A DNA stretch of 64,000 bases from the NCBI GenBank assembly GCA_963700285.1, contig CAVOXA010000010.1, positions 672,001 to 736,000 of the forward strand, given 5' to 3'. This stretch comes from an uncultured Chloroflexia bacterium. Lineage in GTDB: Bacteria; Chloroflexota; Anaerolineae; JAAYZQ01. Made by a program: the position numbers and the translations under genes. Below, one piece after another: positions 41,825 to 51,099 of the stretch (the stretch's first letter is position 1; each line of letters begins with the position of its first letter). A model generated the notes under the pieces. That model ran no database searches and had not been told where the DNA came from. It saw only the letters and a program-made list of their open reading frames with translations.

Positions 41825-44134
41825 TCAGTCACTTTTTTGCTCCAGGATCAGCTCCTCTTCGCCTTCCGCGCGCAGGTCAAGCAGCCAATTGTCAAGAGTA
41901 CTGCCGGCCAGACCATCGTCGATCTTGGCTTGGATGTGCTCGTGGCCTTTGGCGCGCAGGATCTCTTGCAATTCAGTGCGACCTGCCTCGGTACTCAGAT
42001 CCAGCTCGGGCCAGCGAGCTCCGACTGCCTCTTTTGAGGTCCAGACACAGTAGCGGAAGATGCGTTCATCGCCCTTGAGCACCCGGAAAAAGTACTGGAA
42101 CCTGTCGCGGGGCTCCGGTTTGAAACCCTCGTCCGTCGTGTAGCCTTTGTACTCCCATGCCCTGCTGCGCCCTTTGCGTTCATGCCCGACCATCGCTTGG
42201 GCCTGAGCCAGGACTTCTTCAGGGTCAGCCGTCGGGCGGGCACAGAGGTTGCCCAGACAGACATAGGCAACAGGCGCCGGTTCGGCTGGATAGCCCAACC
42301 TCGCCAGCCGGCTTGGTTCCCACACCGGATCCACCGCCTGTACGGTTTTGTTGGGGGCGTAGGCGCGCTGACCCGCCCGCAGCAGCTCGGCGCGGGCTGG
42401 ATCCTCGTTCTCGCCCACTACGGTGACAAGGAGAGGGCGCCTCAGAAAACGATCCACGGCCAAAGCAAATCGCGCAGCCTCAAAGCCCATCCCGGCCCGA
42501 TAAGGTACCAGTGCTTCCAGGGTCTGCCGCGCCGACTGGCGATACTCTTCGCGGCCGGTCAGGCGGAAAAGGCGCAGATTGGCCTCGGCGGCCGAGACGT
42601 TCTCGTTGAAGGGTTTTTCCCGGCGGCGGAGCCTGCCGACTGCCTCTGGGGCGGCGATGGTGTCATAGTAACGGCCATCGTCGTCGCGAAGGGCATTGTG
42701 AATGAAGCGCACCAGAGTCTCAGCGCGCTGGAGATAGACTTCGCGCCCAAAGTGCTCGTATGCATCGAGCCAAGCTTGGGCCATTCCGACCTGATCAACC
42801 AGCAACCCGGGCACATGGGGTCGGTTATCAAAGTAGTGATACATTCCCAGGCCTTCCTGGTAGCTCCTCTGCCAGACGAACTCAAGGGCACGGATTGCCA
42901 GGTCGGCGTAGCGTGGTTCGTTGAGTACAGCGCTGGTCAGCATATAGGCTGAGGCAACAACAGCGTTGCGTTCAGTAAAGGCTGTCTTGTCCACATAGGG
43001 AGTTTTGTGTCCCGGCCTCCCCTGGGCATCCAGGGCATAGTAGCCGGAGTCGGCTTCCTGGCTGCTGTAAAAGTACCCCCTGTCACGATCCCAAAGGACG
43101 CTGTCAATGTAGCCCAGGATCCCTCGAGCCGTTTCCAGGTATGTCTGCTGGCCCGTTGCCTGGTAGGCATGCAGATAGAGGCCGAGCAGCAGGGCCTGGT
43201 CGCCGCTCATCTTTTCATAGTGGGGCACGCTCCAATCGGAAGTTGTCGAGTAACGGAAGAATCCACCATCCACCCGATCGTAGAGCTTGCCCTGGACCAT
43301 GGCGGACAGTGACTTGTATACCACATCAAGGAGTGCCTCGTCACCGGTACGATGTGCCATGGCCAGCACAAACTCCAGTACGTCTGCATGGTGGAATTTG
43401 GGGGTCGAGCCGAGGCCGCCGTGCTCTCGGTCATAGGCTTCCAGCACGGCCTGGGCGGTCGACTCGGGCAGTTCAGGGGCCAAAGCGCCAACAGGCTCAG
43501 GGCGTTTCTCCATTTCGGCGAACTGCCCGCCTGGTCTAACTGCAATGGTTGGAGCGAGAGGCTCCTCCTGACCCTCGTACCGCGCGTTGATCCTGCCCAA
43601 GGCCAACAACATCTGCTCCGTAGTCAGAAAGTTGTGTCCTTCCAGGACCTCGCCTTCGGCATTGAGAAAAGCGGCGGTTGGCCATCCACCCTTGTTGTAG
43701 CGGCTGTCAACATCGGGTCGCTTGTCAGCATCGACAAGGATGGGGATGAAGCTACCGTTGATGATCTCCACCACTTGCGGGTCGGCCAACGTGGTCTCCT
43801 CCATCAGGTGGCAGGGCTCGCACCAAGGAGCAGTGATATAGAGCAACACTGGAAGCTCCAGAGTACCAGCCAATTCAAACGATTCTTCGTCCCACTCGTA
43901 CCAGGTGATGGGCAAACGTTCCCTGGCCAGTTCCAGGTCGGGCTCAAAAAGCCGGCGATACTCAGCCTCCAGGATGGCAAAATGCTGTTGCTCCTGCTTG
44001 ACCAACATTTCGAACAGGGACCGGGTACCCTCATCAACAGCCGCCTGGGCCATACGTGTGTAGAATTCCTCCGCCTCTTTCTCCTTCTGCATCGCCAGTC
44101 GCCAGGATTCGGGAATCTCGTTCAAGGCTTTCAC
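41825..44134 (-). CDS. YyaL/SPATA20 (DUF255 thioredoxin plus alpha/alpha barrel) with N-terminal half-ferritin and an extra C-terminal domain
   Basis: N-terminal AMQKEKEAEEFY...EQQH; ITWYEW, WCEPCHLME, RPDVD, GGWP, GGFFRYS...W.VPHYEKM, YVC...C. Confidence 0.88.
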   Translation of the reverse strand: MKALNEIPESWRLAMQKEKEAEEFYTRMAQAAVDEGTRSLFEMLVKQEQQHFAILEAEYRRLFEPDLELARERLPITWYEWDEESFELAGTLELPVLLYITAPWCEPCHLMEETTLADPQVVEIINGSFIPILVDADKRPDVDSRYNKGGWPTAAFLNAEGEVLEGHNFLTTEQMLLALGRINARYEGQEEPLAPTIAVRPGGQFAEMEKRPEPVGALAPELPESTAQAVLEAYDREHGGLGSTPKFHHADVLEFVLAMAHRTGDEALLDVVYKSLSAMVQGKLYDRVDGGFFRYSTTSDWSVPHYEKMSGDQALLLGLYLHAYQATGQQTYLETARGILGYIDSVLWDRDRGYFYSSQEADSGYYALDAQGRPGHKTPYVDKTAFTERNAVVASAYMLTSAVLNEPRYADLAIRALEFVWQRSYQEGLGMYHYFDNRPHVPGLLVDQVGMAQAWLDAYEHFGREVYLQRAETLVRFIHNALRDDDGRYYDTIAAPEAVGRLRRREKPFNENVSAAEANLRLFRLTGREEYRQSARQTLEALVPYRAGMGFEAARFALAVDRFLRRPLLVTVVGENEDPARAELLRAGQRAYAPNKTVQAVDPVWEPSRLARLGYPAEPAPVAYVCLGNLCARPTADPEEVLAQAQAMVGHERKGRSRAWEYKGYTTDEGFKPEPRDRFQYFFRVLKGDERIFRYCVWTSKEAVGARWPELDLSTEAGRTELQEILRAKGHEHIQAKIDDGLAGSTLDNWLLDLRAEGEEELILEQKSD

Positions 44135-44258
44135 AGGCTACTCCTTTCTACTTCCACATTGTCATCGCCCTAGGTTCTTACCAATGCGAAATGGCTCCCT
44201 TCCCTTCCTCGGGAGCTTGAGCGAGCTTTGCACCGCAACCTAGATCTCGCATCTGGAG

Positions 44259-44810
44259 TCACGGAGCACTACTGCTTTCTATCCCTTCGAAGATTCTGCC
44301 GGCCAGCTTCTCCCATTGGGTTCGCAGTTCGTCATAGTGCCGGGTCTCTTCCTGAACCAGTACTTGGTAAGCATCCCGGCCAGCAGGCTCTTTTGTTATT
44401 TGGGCTTGCAGGCCATACAGTCCGATGGCTTCTTGCTCCATCTTGATGCCGAAGGCCAAAGCCATCAGATCATCGGCGCGGCGGTCTATGATTTCTCCTA
44501 CAGATTTTTGCACAGGAAAAAGGGTTACTTTGGGTCCGCTGTCTGGGAAACTGATTGCCGTGATATCTACCTCTGTAGTGCTTGCCCGTGCTGTCTCAAG
44601 ATCGATCCAACGGCCTCGAGTCTTCAGGGCTTCGTATTCTATCAGCAACAGGCGGGTGTGCTCCTCTTCCTCCCGGGCCAGAGTTGCAAAGATGTCCTTG
44701 GCCCACAGGTCAACGCAGTAGTAGGCCGCATCGTCGTAAAACTGCTGACCGACGACTTCGTTGTAGATGGCACGTTGGAGCGCGACCAGAGCCCCCTCCA
44801 TGTCCTGCAT
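44259..44810 (-). CDS. ferritin-like (rubrerythrin di-iron domain) protein
   Basis: Two E...EExxH halves: AIYNE...EEEEH and GIKME...EETRH. Confidence 0.88.
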   Translation of the reverse strand: MQDMEGALVALQRAIYNEVVGQQFYDDAAYYCVDLWAKDIFATLAREEEEHTRLLLIEYEALKTRGRWIDLETARASTTEVDITAISFPDSGPKVTLFPVQKSVGEIIDRRADDLMALAFGIKMEQEAIGLYGLQAQITKEPAGRDAYQVLVQEETRHYDELRTQWEKLAGRIFEGIESSSAP

Positions 44811-45115
44811 AACTTCAACCCTCCTTGCCCTCGTCTCCCAAGCTTACTGGCCTCATCACAATAGTACCAGTGCCATTGTTTAATACCAGGCTTGGAACGC
44901 TCTTCTTCTCGATCGGGCATGGTCCGTGATATGGCCAATTCCTGCGCAGCAGGATGCGGCGGCCTTCTGGAGGGTGAGTCCTGATCTAGAACAAGCAGGG
45001 AGCAGGTCCTGATGTGCTCCCTGCTCCCTTCTGTCACCAAGTCGGATTGCTCGCTTGCACGATCTCCACCCTCTGCAGAGTATAGCACAGAATCGCTACG
45101 CGAGGAAGAACAGAA

Positions 45116-45778
45116 TTACAGGATCCCTCCAGCCTCTAACTGCAAACCCTCTCGGTCCAGCAATGTCAACTGCCTGCGGCCGGAGGCAACCAATCCCCGT
45201 CGCCTAAAGTCTTGAAGCGTCTTGCTGATCGTCTCGCGCCAGGTACCAAGCATGTCAGCCAACTCCTGGTGAGTGACGCGGACGATGCCTAGGCTATCAT
45301 CTTCTCCTAGCTCCAACAGAAGCGCCGCAAGGCGCGAGGCAATGGTGCTGTACGCCATCTGCTCCAGCCGGTTCTCAGCCTCCACAACCCGCTGGCCAAT
45401 GGCCTGCATCAAACCGAATCCAAACATGGCTTCGGTGGACGACAACTCCATGGCCTGTTGGGCAGGCATGACCCACACTGTCCCTGATTCCAGGGCGACC
45501 GCGCGGGTGTCAGGCCCCTGCCCGCCCAGCAGTGATGCCTCGCCGAACATGGAACCAGGTCCCAGCGTGGCAATCACGAAACGGCGGCCATCCTGCGAGG
45601 TACGGTAGAGCTGCACACGTCCACTGGCTACCAGAAACAGGGAACCGACCATTTCATCGCCCTCACACACGGTCTCTCCCGCCCGGAAAGAGCGAACCAT
45701 GAACGAGTCACCCACGGTCTCGTTCTGTTGGGCCAATTGGTCGAATATCGTTGTTGCGTTTCTATCTTCAAGATCCAT
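45116..45778 (-). CDS. Crp/Fnr family transcriptional regulator
   Basis: SGRVQL, GSMFGE, THQELADMLGTWRETIS; no Fnr Cys cluster. Confidence 0.92.
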   Translation of the reverse strand: MDLEDRNATTIFDQLAQQNETVGDSFMVRSFRAGETVCEGDEMVGSLFLVASGRVQLYRTSQDGRRFVIATLGPGSMFGEASLLGGQGPDTRAVALESGTVWVMPAQQAMELSSTEAMFGFGLMQAIGQRVVEAENRLEQMAYSTIASRLAALLLELGEDDSLGIVRVTHQELADMLGTWRETISKTLQDFRRRGLVASGRRQLTLLDREGLQLEAGGIL

Positions 45779-45875
45779 TTAACACTCCCCCAGTACATAC
45801 TATCGCGGCCGGCCGGGGGACTTCTTTGTCACCGCACTTTTACCGACTCGATGTTCGAGATGGCACGCTACACCT

Positions 45876-46076
45876 TCAGTTTGATGCCTCCAGTTTCTTT
45901 TCTAGCTTTTCGTATTCGCCTTCCAAGAACTGGGCATGGAAAGCCTCTTCGTCCCTCAACCTCTCGAAAAACTTTTTCAGATCCTTGTCCTCGGCCAAAT
46001 CCATGGCCAATTGGTACTTGGCCCGTGCTGCGTGTTCCTCCATAGCCATGATCTTTAGAAAGCTGAGCCAGTCCAT
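45876..46076 (-). CDS. 66-aa half-ferritin (two-helix rubrerythrin-like) protein
   Basis: AMEEHAARAKY...LRDEEAFH; GGGAGG RBS. Confidence 0.8.
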   Translation of the reverse strand: MDWLSFLKIMAMEEHAARAKYQLAMDLAEDKDLKKFFERLRDEEAFHAQFLEGEYEKLEKKLEASN

Positions 46077-46139
46077 TCTTACCCTCCCTGTGATTGAGTT
46101 GCCGTGCCTGTTCCATGCTCTTTGTGATTTGTATGCCCT

Positions 46140-46550
46140 CTAGTCTGCCACACGAATGGGAATACGCCTGGGCTTGACCTCTTCGATCTTGGGCATGGTC
46201 ACCATCAAAACTCCATTGGTAATGGCGGCCTCGATCCGGTTGCGGTCGATCATCTCTGGCAGTCCAAAATGACGATGATAGTGACCCACATCGTACTCTC
46301 TATAGAGGACATAATCGTCCTCGTCCTCGCCATGGCCGACGTGTCCCGTTACTACGAGTTCGCCTTCGACGATATTCACGTGGACGCAGTCGAGACGCAC
46401 CCCAGGCATGTCCATTACAAGCAGTACCTTCTCCGGTGTTTCGTAGACGTCGGTTGCCGGTACGAACCAATTACCGCTGCGCAACTCCTGGTGAACGCTA
46501 GTGTCCACTTTATGCTTTTCTGTGATTTCAAGTTCCTTGCTCTCCGCCAT
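46140..46550 (-). CDS. Hsp20/alpha-crystallin small heat-shock protein
   Basis: PATDVYE, DMPGV, NGVLMVTMPK, PRRIPI. Confidence 0.92.
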   Translation of the reverse strand: MAESKELEITEKHKVDTSVHQELRSGNWFVPATDVYETPEKVLLVMDMPGVRLDCVHVNIVEGELVVTGHVGHGEDEDDYVLYREYDVGHYHRHFGLPEMIDRNRIEAAITNGVLMVTMPKIEEVKPRRIPIRVAD

Positions 46551-46571
46551 GTTGTGTCTCTCCCCCGTCTG

Positions 46572-47024
46572 TTAGCCTTCAGATACCTTGACGCGGATTT
46601 CTTTTGGCTTGGCTACTCCCTTGAGGGGCAATGACACTGCCAATACCCCGGCGATATAGGTAGCCTCGGCTTGGTTTCCATCCACCTCAGCCGGGAGCCG
46701 GATAGCTCGGCTAAAGCTCCCGCTTTCCCGCTCTCGCCGGTGATACCATCCGTTTTCCAACCCTTCGCCCGTTGAGCGTGTGCCCTGTACTGTGAGCGTA
46801 TCGCCAGATACGCTGATATTAAAATCCTCCAAGTCCATACCTGGTACCTCAGCCCGCACGATCAATTTGCCTTCGGTAGTCGAGATGATGACACTGGGGA
46901 AAATGCGTGCTCCCCGTCGTGCAACCGGGCGGCGGACTCTTTGCCTCAAGTGGTCCATCTCTCTCTGAAGCCGGACCAGATCCTGTCCGGGATCCCAGTC
47001 TCCTTGACTGACAACATTGGCCAT
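46572..47024 (-). CDS. Hsp20/alpha-crystallin small heat-shock protein
   Basis: AEVPGM, RRERESGSFSR, GVLAVSLP, PKEIRV. Confidence 0.92.
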   Translation of the reverse strand: MANVVSQGDWDPGQDLVRLQREMDHLRQRVRRPVARRGARIFPSVIISTTEGKLIVRAEVPGMDLEDFNISVSGDTLTVQGTRSTGEGLENGWYHRRERESGSFSRAIRLPAEVDGNQAEATYIAGVLAVSLPLKGVAKPKEIRVKVSEG

Positions 47025-47093
47025 TGTTCAGCCCTTCCTCCTTGTGCAATCTCTGCGCGGCCCAATCTGCCGACCAGAATAGAATCAGCCCTA

Positions 47094-47158
47094 ATTATAC
47101 CCTAGTTTTGTTAGAATAACCTTAAGAAAGCCTAAACAGAACGTTAAAAATCCATTAG
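47094..47158 (-). promoter_or_regulatory. hsp20 operon promoter: TATAAT plus five 11-bp-phased TTAA-like repeats
   Basis: -10 at 47099-47094; plus-strand pentamers GTTAG, CTTAA, CTAAA, GTTAA, ATTAG at 47110, 47121, 47132, 47143, 47154. Confidence 0.6.
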
Positions 47159-48396
47159 GGTTTTGTAATATCCATCACTGTAGAGCGCGGCGCTTGGAAT
47201 GTTGATGGTTTTGTGATCTCGTTCAAAAGAACCGTGGCATAACAACCCGGCAGCAGCCAGAATCGGAGCATCAAACCATCGTCATACCACAGCTCCGGAT
47301 CGTGGATCTTGAAACGCAGCGCTCTGCGCTGGCCCTTGACCTTGATGCCACCGTCAGCTCGGAAATCCTCTAGCGTCAACCCCTCGGCAGCCAAGATATC
47401 CGCCTCGAGGTCTCCCTGCTGCCCAAGCGGTTGGATCATTTTATAGCCAAAGATTGGGCCAGTCGGGCTGATCTCAAAGCGCGCTGCGCGGGGCTGCTCA
47501 GCGATCTCATCCTCTACCCGAAAGACTGACCGCCCGGGGTGCTTTATGGCCAGATCACCAGCATGGACACGATCCAAAGTTTGCAGTCGGGAATCGAGGA
47601 CTTGGTTGAACAATGCTGATTGATAGGCAGACAGCAAAAAGACCTTGAACCGCTTGGGCACCGCTGCATAGGCCCGATCATAGTCGCCTCGAGTGCGGAT
47701 CAATGCGCACAGCGTTCTGCGCTCGTCTGCCATGCTATAAGGCAGCAGGCGCAGTGCCTCCTCCCACTGATCCGCATCGAATCGGGACCGCGCGGCCTGC
47801 ACCGCCTCGCTCTCGCCGCGGTGAGGGACGCCCAAGAAGCTCTTAACAAAGCCCCGAGCGTCGCGCCTGACCACTGCCTTTCCAAGCTGGGCTGAATTGC
47901 CCCGTTGCCCGAAGCGCTGTGAACCGTAGCGATTGGGTACTCCCCGCTGGACCAGTACATCCAAGATGGCCTGGCATGGAACCAGCGCTGATCGGGCTAC
48001 CCCACGAATGCGAATGGTGAAATGGTTTCCACGCAGGTGCCCGATCTTGAGTTTGCTGTTGTGTCGCTTCGCCCACACTACGTCGATATTCGACAGGTCC
48101 AGCGCTGTCACAACTTCGGGAGGCACGCCGTGTACCGACAAGACCTGGTAGGTAGTGGCCCGCGCATCTTTGAGCCCAGCGTAGCCGATGTGGTTTGGTG
48201 GCACACCTAATGCCTGGGCAATCACCCGGAGTGCCTGGAAGGTGGAGACGCCGGTCTTTCTGATCTCAAAGAAGGTATGTTCCCCCTTGCCGCTTGGCGG
48301 ATACAGGGGCAGCTCTTCCACCCGAAAGTCTTCCACTTGTTCCTTGATTGTCCCGCCAATACCAGGCAGATCGTCAGTCACGTATCGCTCTGTCAA
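47155..48396 (-). CDS. truD: tRNA pseudouridine(13) synthase
   Basis: EDFRVEE, GEH, YAGLKD, GHLRGNHF, PN.YG.QRFG, GCYAT; start uncertain. Confidence 0.93.
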   Translation of the reverse strand: MTERYVTDDLPGIGGTIKEQVEDFRVEELPLYPPSGKGEHTFFEIRKTGVSTFQALRVIAQALGVPPNHIGYAGLKDARATTYQVLSVHGVPPEVVTALDLSNIDVVWAKRHNSKLKIGHLRGNHFTIRIRGVARSALVPCQAILDVLVQRGVPNRYGSQRFGQRGNSAQLGKAVVRRDARGFVKSFLGVPHRGESEAVQAARSRFDADQWEEALRLLPYSMADERRTLCALIRTRGDYDRAYAAVPKRFKVFLLSAYQSALFNQVLDSRLQTLDRVHAGDLAIKHPGRSVFRVEDEIAEQPRAARFEISPTGPIFGYKMIQPLGQQGDLEADILAAEGLTLEDFRADGGIKVKGQRRALRFKIHDPELWYDDGLMLRFWLLPGCYATVLLNEITKPSTFQAPRSTVMDITKP

Positions 48397-48536
48397 GTGC
48401 GCCCCGCCAATTCCTGACCAGGTAACCGCTATGGCCGCCTCCCAGATTTCATTGCCTATTCGATTATACAGCAGGAGTTCGAAAAAGGGAAAGGCCATGT
48501 GCCAATTTGCTAGACCTTCCCATAAGCAGGGTCCGT

Positions 48537-48565
48537 TTGCTGTTTGACCCTTTTTGCGGTATAAT
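48537..48565 (+). promoter_or_regulatory. probable recA promoter
   Basis: TTGCTG-17 bp-TATAAT. Confidence 0.55.
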
Positions 48566-48697
48566 GTGCGAGTATAGGTCGCTTACGGAAAGTTGCGCTG
48601 TATCGCGATGGATCTACTGCCGTGCTTTACCATAGCCCTTGGGCCAGAGTTGGCTCTTTGGAACTGAGCGTTGACAATCGACTTTTGGAGAACATGA

Positions 48698-49738
48698 ATG
48701 GCTGGAACCGGAAAGACCAAAGCGCTGGAGACTACATTAGCTACCATTCAGAAGCGATATGGCGAAGGCGCGATCATGCGGCTGGGGCAAGCCACACACC
48801 TGCAAATAGAGACCATCCCCACCGGATCCCTGGCACTGGACCTGGCCTTGGGTGTGGGTGGCGTCCCGCGGGGCCGCGTCACCGAGATCTATGGTCCTGA
48901 AGGTTCGGGCAAGACTACGGTCTGCCAGCACATTGTGGCGGAAGCGCAGCGTATGGGGGGCGTGGCGGCATTCATCGACATGGAACATGCGCTGGACCCA
49001 CTGTATGCGGCCAAGTGCGGTGTGGATGTGGATGAGCTGTACATCTCGCAGCCAGACACAGGCGAGCAAGCCCTGGAGATAGCGGAAGCTCTGGTACGAA
49101 GCGGGGCCGTGGACGTCATAATCGTGGACTCGGTTGCAGCCCTGGTACCTCGAGCCGAGATCGAAGGGGACATGGGGGACAGCCACCCCGGGTTGCAAGC
49201 ACGGTTGATGAGCCAGGCGCTGCGAAAGCTGAGCGGGGCGATCAAGGCCAGCAATACGGCAATGGTGTTCACCAACCAGCTTCGGCACAAGATTGGCGTG
49301 ATGTTTGGCAGTCCGGAGACGACGTCGGGCGGGATGGCGCTCAAGTTCTACGCATCGGTACGGTTGGACATCCGTCGGGTCCAGGCCATCAAGGAAGGTG
49401 GAGAGGTGACGGGCAATCGGACGCGGGTGCGTGTCAAGAAGAACAAGGTAGCGCCGCCATTCCGAGAGTGCGAGTTTGACATCATGTACGCTGAGGGGAT
49501 CAGCAAAGAAGGGGATGTGCTAGACCTGGGGGTGGAACTGGATCTGATAGAGAAACGGGGTTCGTTCTACTCGTACAAAGAGGAGAGGCTGGCGCAGGGG
49601 CGAGAGAATGCCAAGCAGGTACTGCGGGAGAATCCGCGCCAGTGCATTGAGATTGAGAACGCCATCCGCCGCGAGTCAGGTTTGAAAGAAGTCCCTGTCC
49701 CCATTGGTACGGGCGACATGGAGGAGGAACAGGAATAG
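48698..49738 (+). CDS. recA: recombinase RecA
   Basis: [33 protein letters not shown]. Confidence 0.99.
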   Translation: MAGTGKTKALETTLATIQKRYGEGAIMRLGQATHLQIETIPTGSLALDLALGVGGVPRGRVTEIYGPEGSGKTTVCQHIVAEAQRMGGVAAFIDMEHALDPLYAAKCGVDVDELYISQPDTGEQALEIAEALVRSGAVDVIIVDSVAALVPRAEIEGDMGDSHPGLQARLMSQALRKLSGAIKASNTAMVFTNQLRHKIGVMFGSPETTSGGMALKFYASVRLDIRRVQAIKEGGEVTGNRTRVRVKKNKVAPPFRECEFDIMYAEGISKEGDVLDLGVELDLIEKRGSFYSYKEERLAQGRENAKQVLRENPRQCIEIENAIRRESGLKEVPVPIGTGDMEEEQE

Positions 49739-50321
49739 GCTCTCTGGCTCCAGATGAAGCCAGAGAAGGGAATTGTTGCGGTTCTTCAGGCCGGGGTTGT
49801 TCACAAGTGAATAGCAAGCTGAGATGCTTGATAGTCGCTAGCATTGGACTGCATCACAGCCGTAGAGTAAGCCAGAAAAGGTACGCCGAAAGAGAGTCCG
49901 GGTTCTGGGACCTGCTTGTCCGAGTTCTGGTGGTACTCCAACGCTCTCAATGGGGGTGCGCAGCGCGCACCCAAACAGCACAGGGCGAGGCCACAAGAGC
50001 TTTGATTCTCTTCATGTACATGAGTGCCAGTTGAAACGGAGTTTAGTGATAAAGTGGAGACAGGGTCAAAGAAGCTGGCAGCTATACAATGTGGTGTTTC
50101 ATGTGCTCCACCGAAACTCCATGGTTATGGCAGAAAGCCAGAGAACCCCTGGGTTGAGTTTAGGGAGAATGTCTGCAGCGTCTAGTTAGTAAAGGGGATG
50201 GCTAGCACCTACTTGTCTAATTCCACTCTCCGCTTGATAACTGGTTAGCACTCCAAATCGGCTTGGGCCGGGAGTTACTCGGCTACTCTATTCCGCGGGA
50301 TAACATCCCTGATGGGCATTT

Positions 50322-50360
50322 GCGGCTGTGGTGAAAGCGTTCACCATGGCCGTTTTGTGT
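50322..50360 (+). terminator. terminator-like hairpin just upstream of recX
   Basis: GCGGCTGTGGTGAA-AGCG-TTCACCATGGCCGT followed by TTTGTGTTT. Confidence 0.7.
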
Positions 50361-50382
50361 TTCCCGAGTATTGTGTGGTGAC

Positions 50383-51012
50383 ATGGCAGGCAAGATTACG
50401 GCGCTCAAATATCAAAAGAAGAACCGGGATCGGGTAAGTGTTTTTGTAGACGGTCGTTTTGCCTTCGGCATACCAGCCATCGTGGCCGCTAGCCTGAGGA
50501 AAGAGCAGTTTCTGTCTGATGCCGAGATCGAGTCACTGCAGGAGCAGGGAAGTACCGAATCAGCCTACGGCAGAACCTTGAACTATCTGTCCTATCGGCC
50601 TCGCAGCCGGGCCGAGACTGTTGAATACTTGGAAAAGTATGGGTTATCCGGAGCCCAGGTTGAAGCCATTGTTGGCAGGCTGGAGAGAGCCGGATTGCTG
50701 GATGACGAGGCATTTGCACTGTACTGGGTCGAAAACCGAGAGCGATTCCGGCCACGTGGAGCCCGCGCCTTGCGTTACGAGTTGAGGGCCAAGGGTATCG
50801 TGGATGCCCAGATCGATCAAGCTCTGGCCTCGATCGACGTTTCAGCAAGCGCCCACCGTGCAGCCTGCAGGAAGGCCCAGCAGTTGAGTCACCTGGATCA
50901 GCCAACATTCAAGCGGACGCTAGTTGAGTATCTGGCACGACGGGGGTTTGACTATGGAGTGGCGCAGGAAACTGCAGAACGTCACTGGGAAGCCTTGATG
51001 ACGGACGACTGA
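50383..51012 (+). CDS. recX: regulatory protein RecX
   Basis: LSYRPRS, LLDDEAFA, PRG...LRYELRAKG, LARRGF; downstream of recA. Confidence 0.92.
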   Translation: MAGKITALKYQKKNRDRVSVFVDGRFAFGIPAIVAASLRKEQFLSDAEIESLQEQGSTESAYGRTLNYLSYRPRSRAETVEYLEKYGLSGAQVEAIVGRLERAGLLDDEAFALYWVENRERFRPRGARALRYELRAKGIVDAQIDQALASIDVSASAHRAACRKAQQLSHLDQPTFKRTLVEYLARRGFDYGVAQETAERHWEALMTDD

Positions 51013-51099
51013 AGGTCCGTCTGAAATCAGTGGCCCGAATGCCCCAAGAGGCAATCGGTTGAAATAGTGAAACGAAATGTGGAAAGGATAAAAAAGGAT

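Noticed and set aside
41825-46076. Encapsulin nanocompartment system
   Set aside because: Ferritin-like genes are present, but there is no HK97-fold shell gene and no LxVGSL-type targeting peptide.
46085-46130. Crp/Fnr binding site
   Set aside because: Two TGTGAT half-sites in direct orientation 34 bp apart; no palindromic TGTGA-N6-TCACA.
48480-48697. LexA/SOS box upstream of recA
   Set aside because: No GAAC-N4-GTTC or CTGT-N8-ACAG found by eye.
50245-50272. CIRCE (HrcA) operator
   Set aside because: Only the left half TTAGCACTC is present; there is no GAGTGCTAA after 9 bp.
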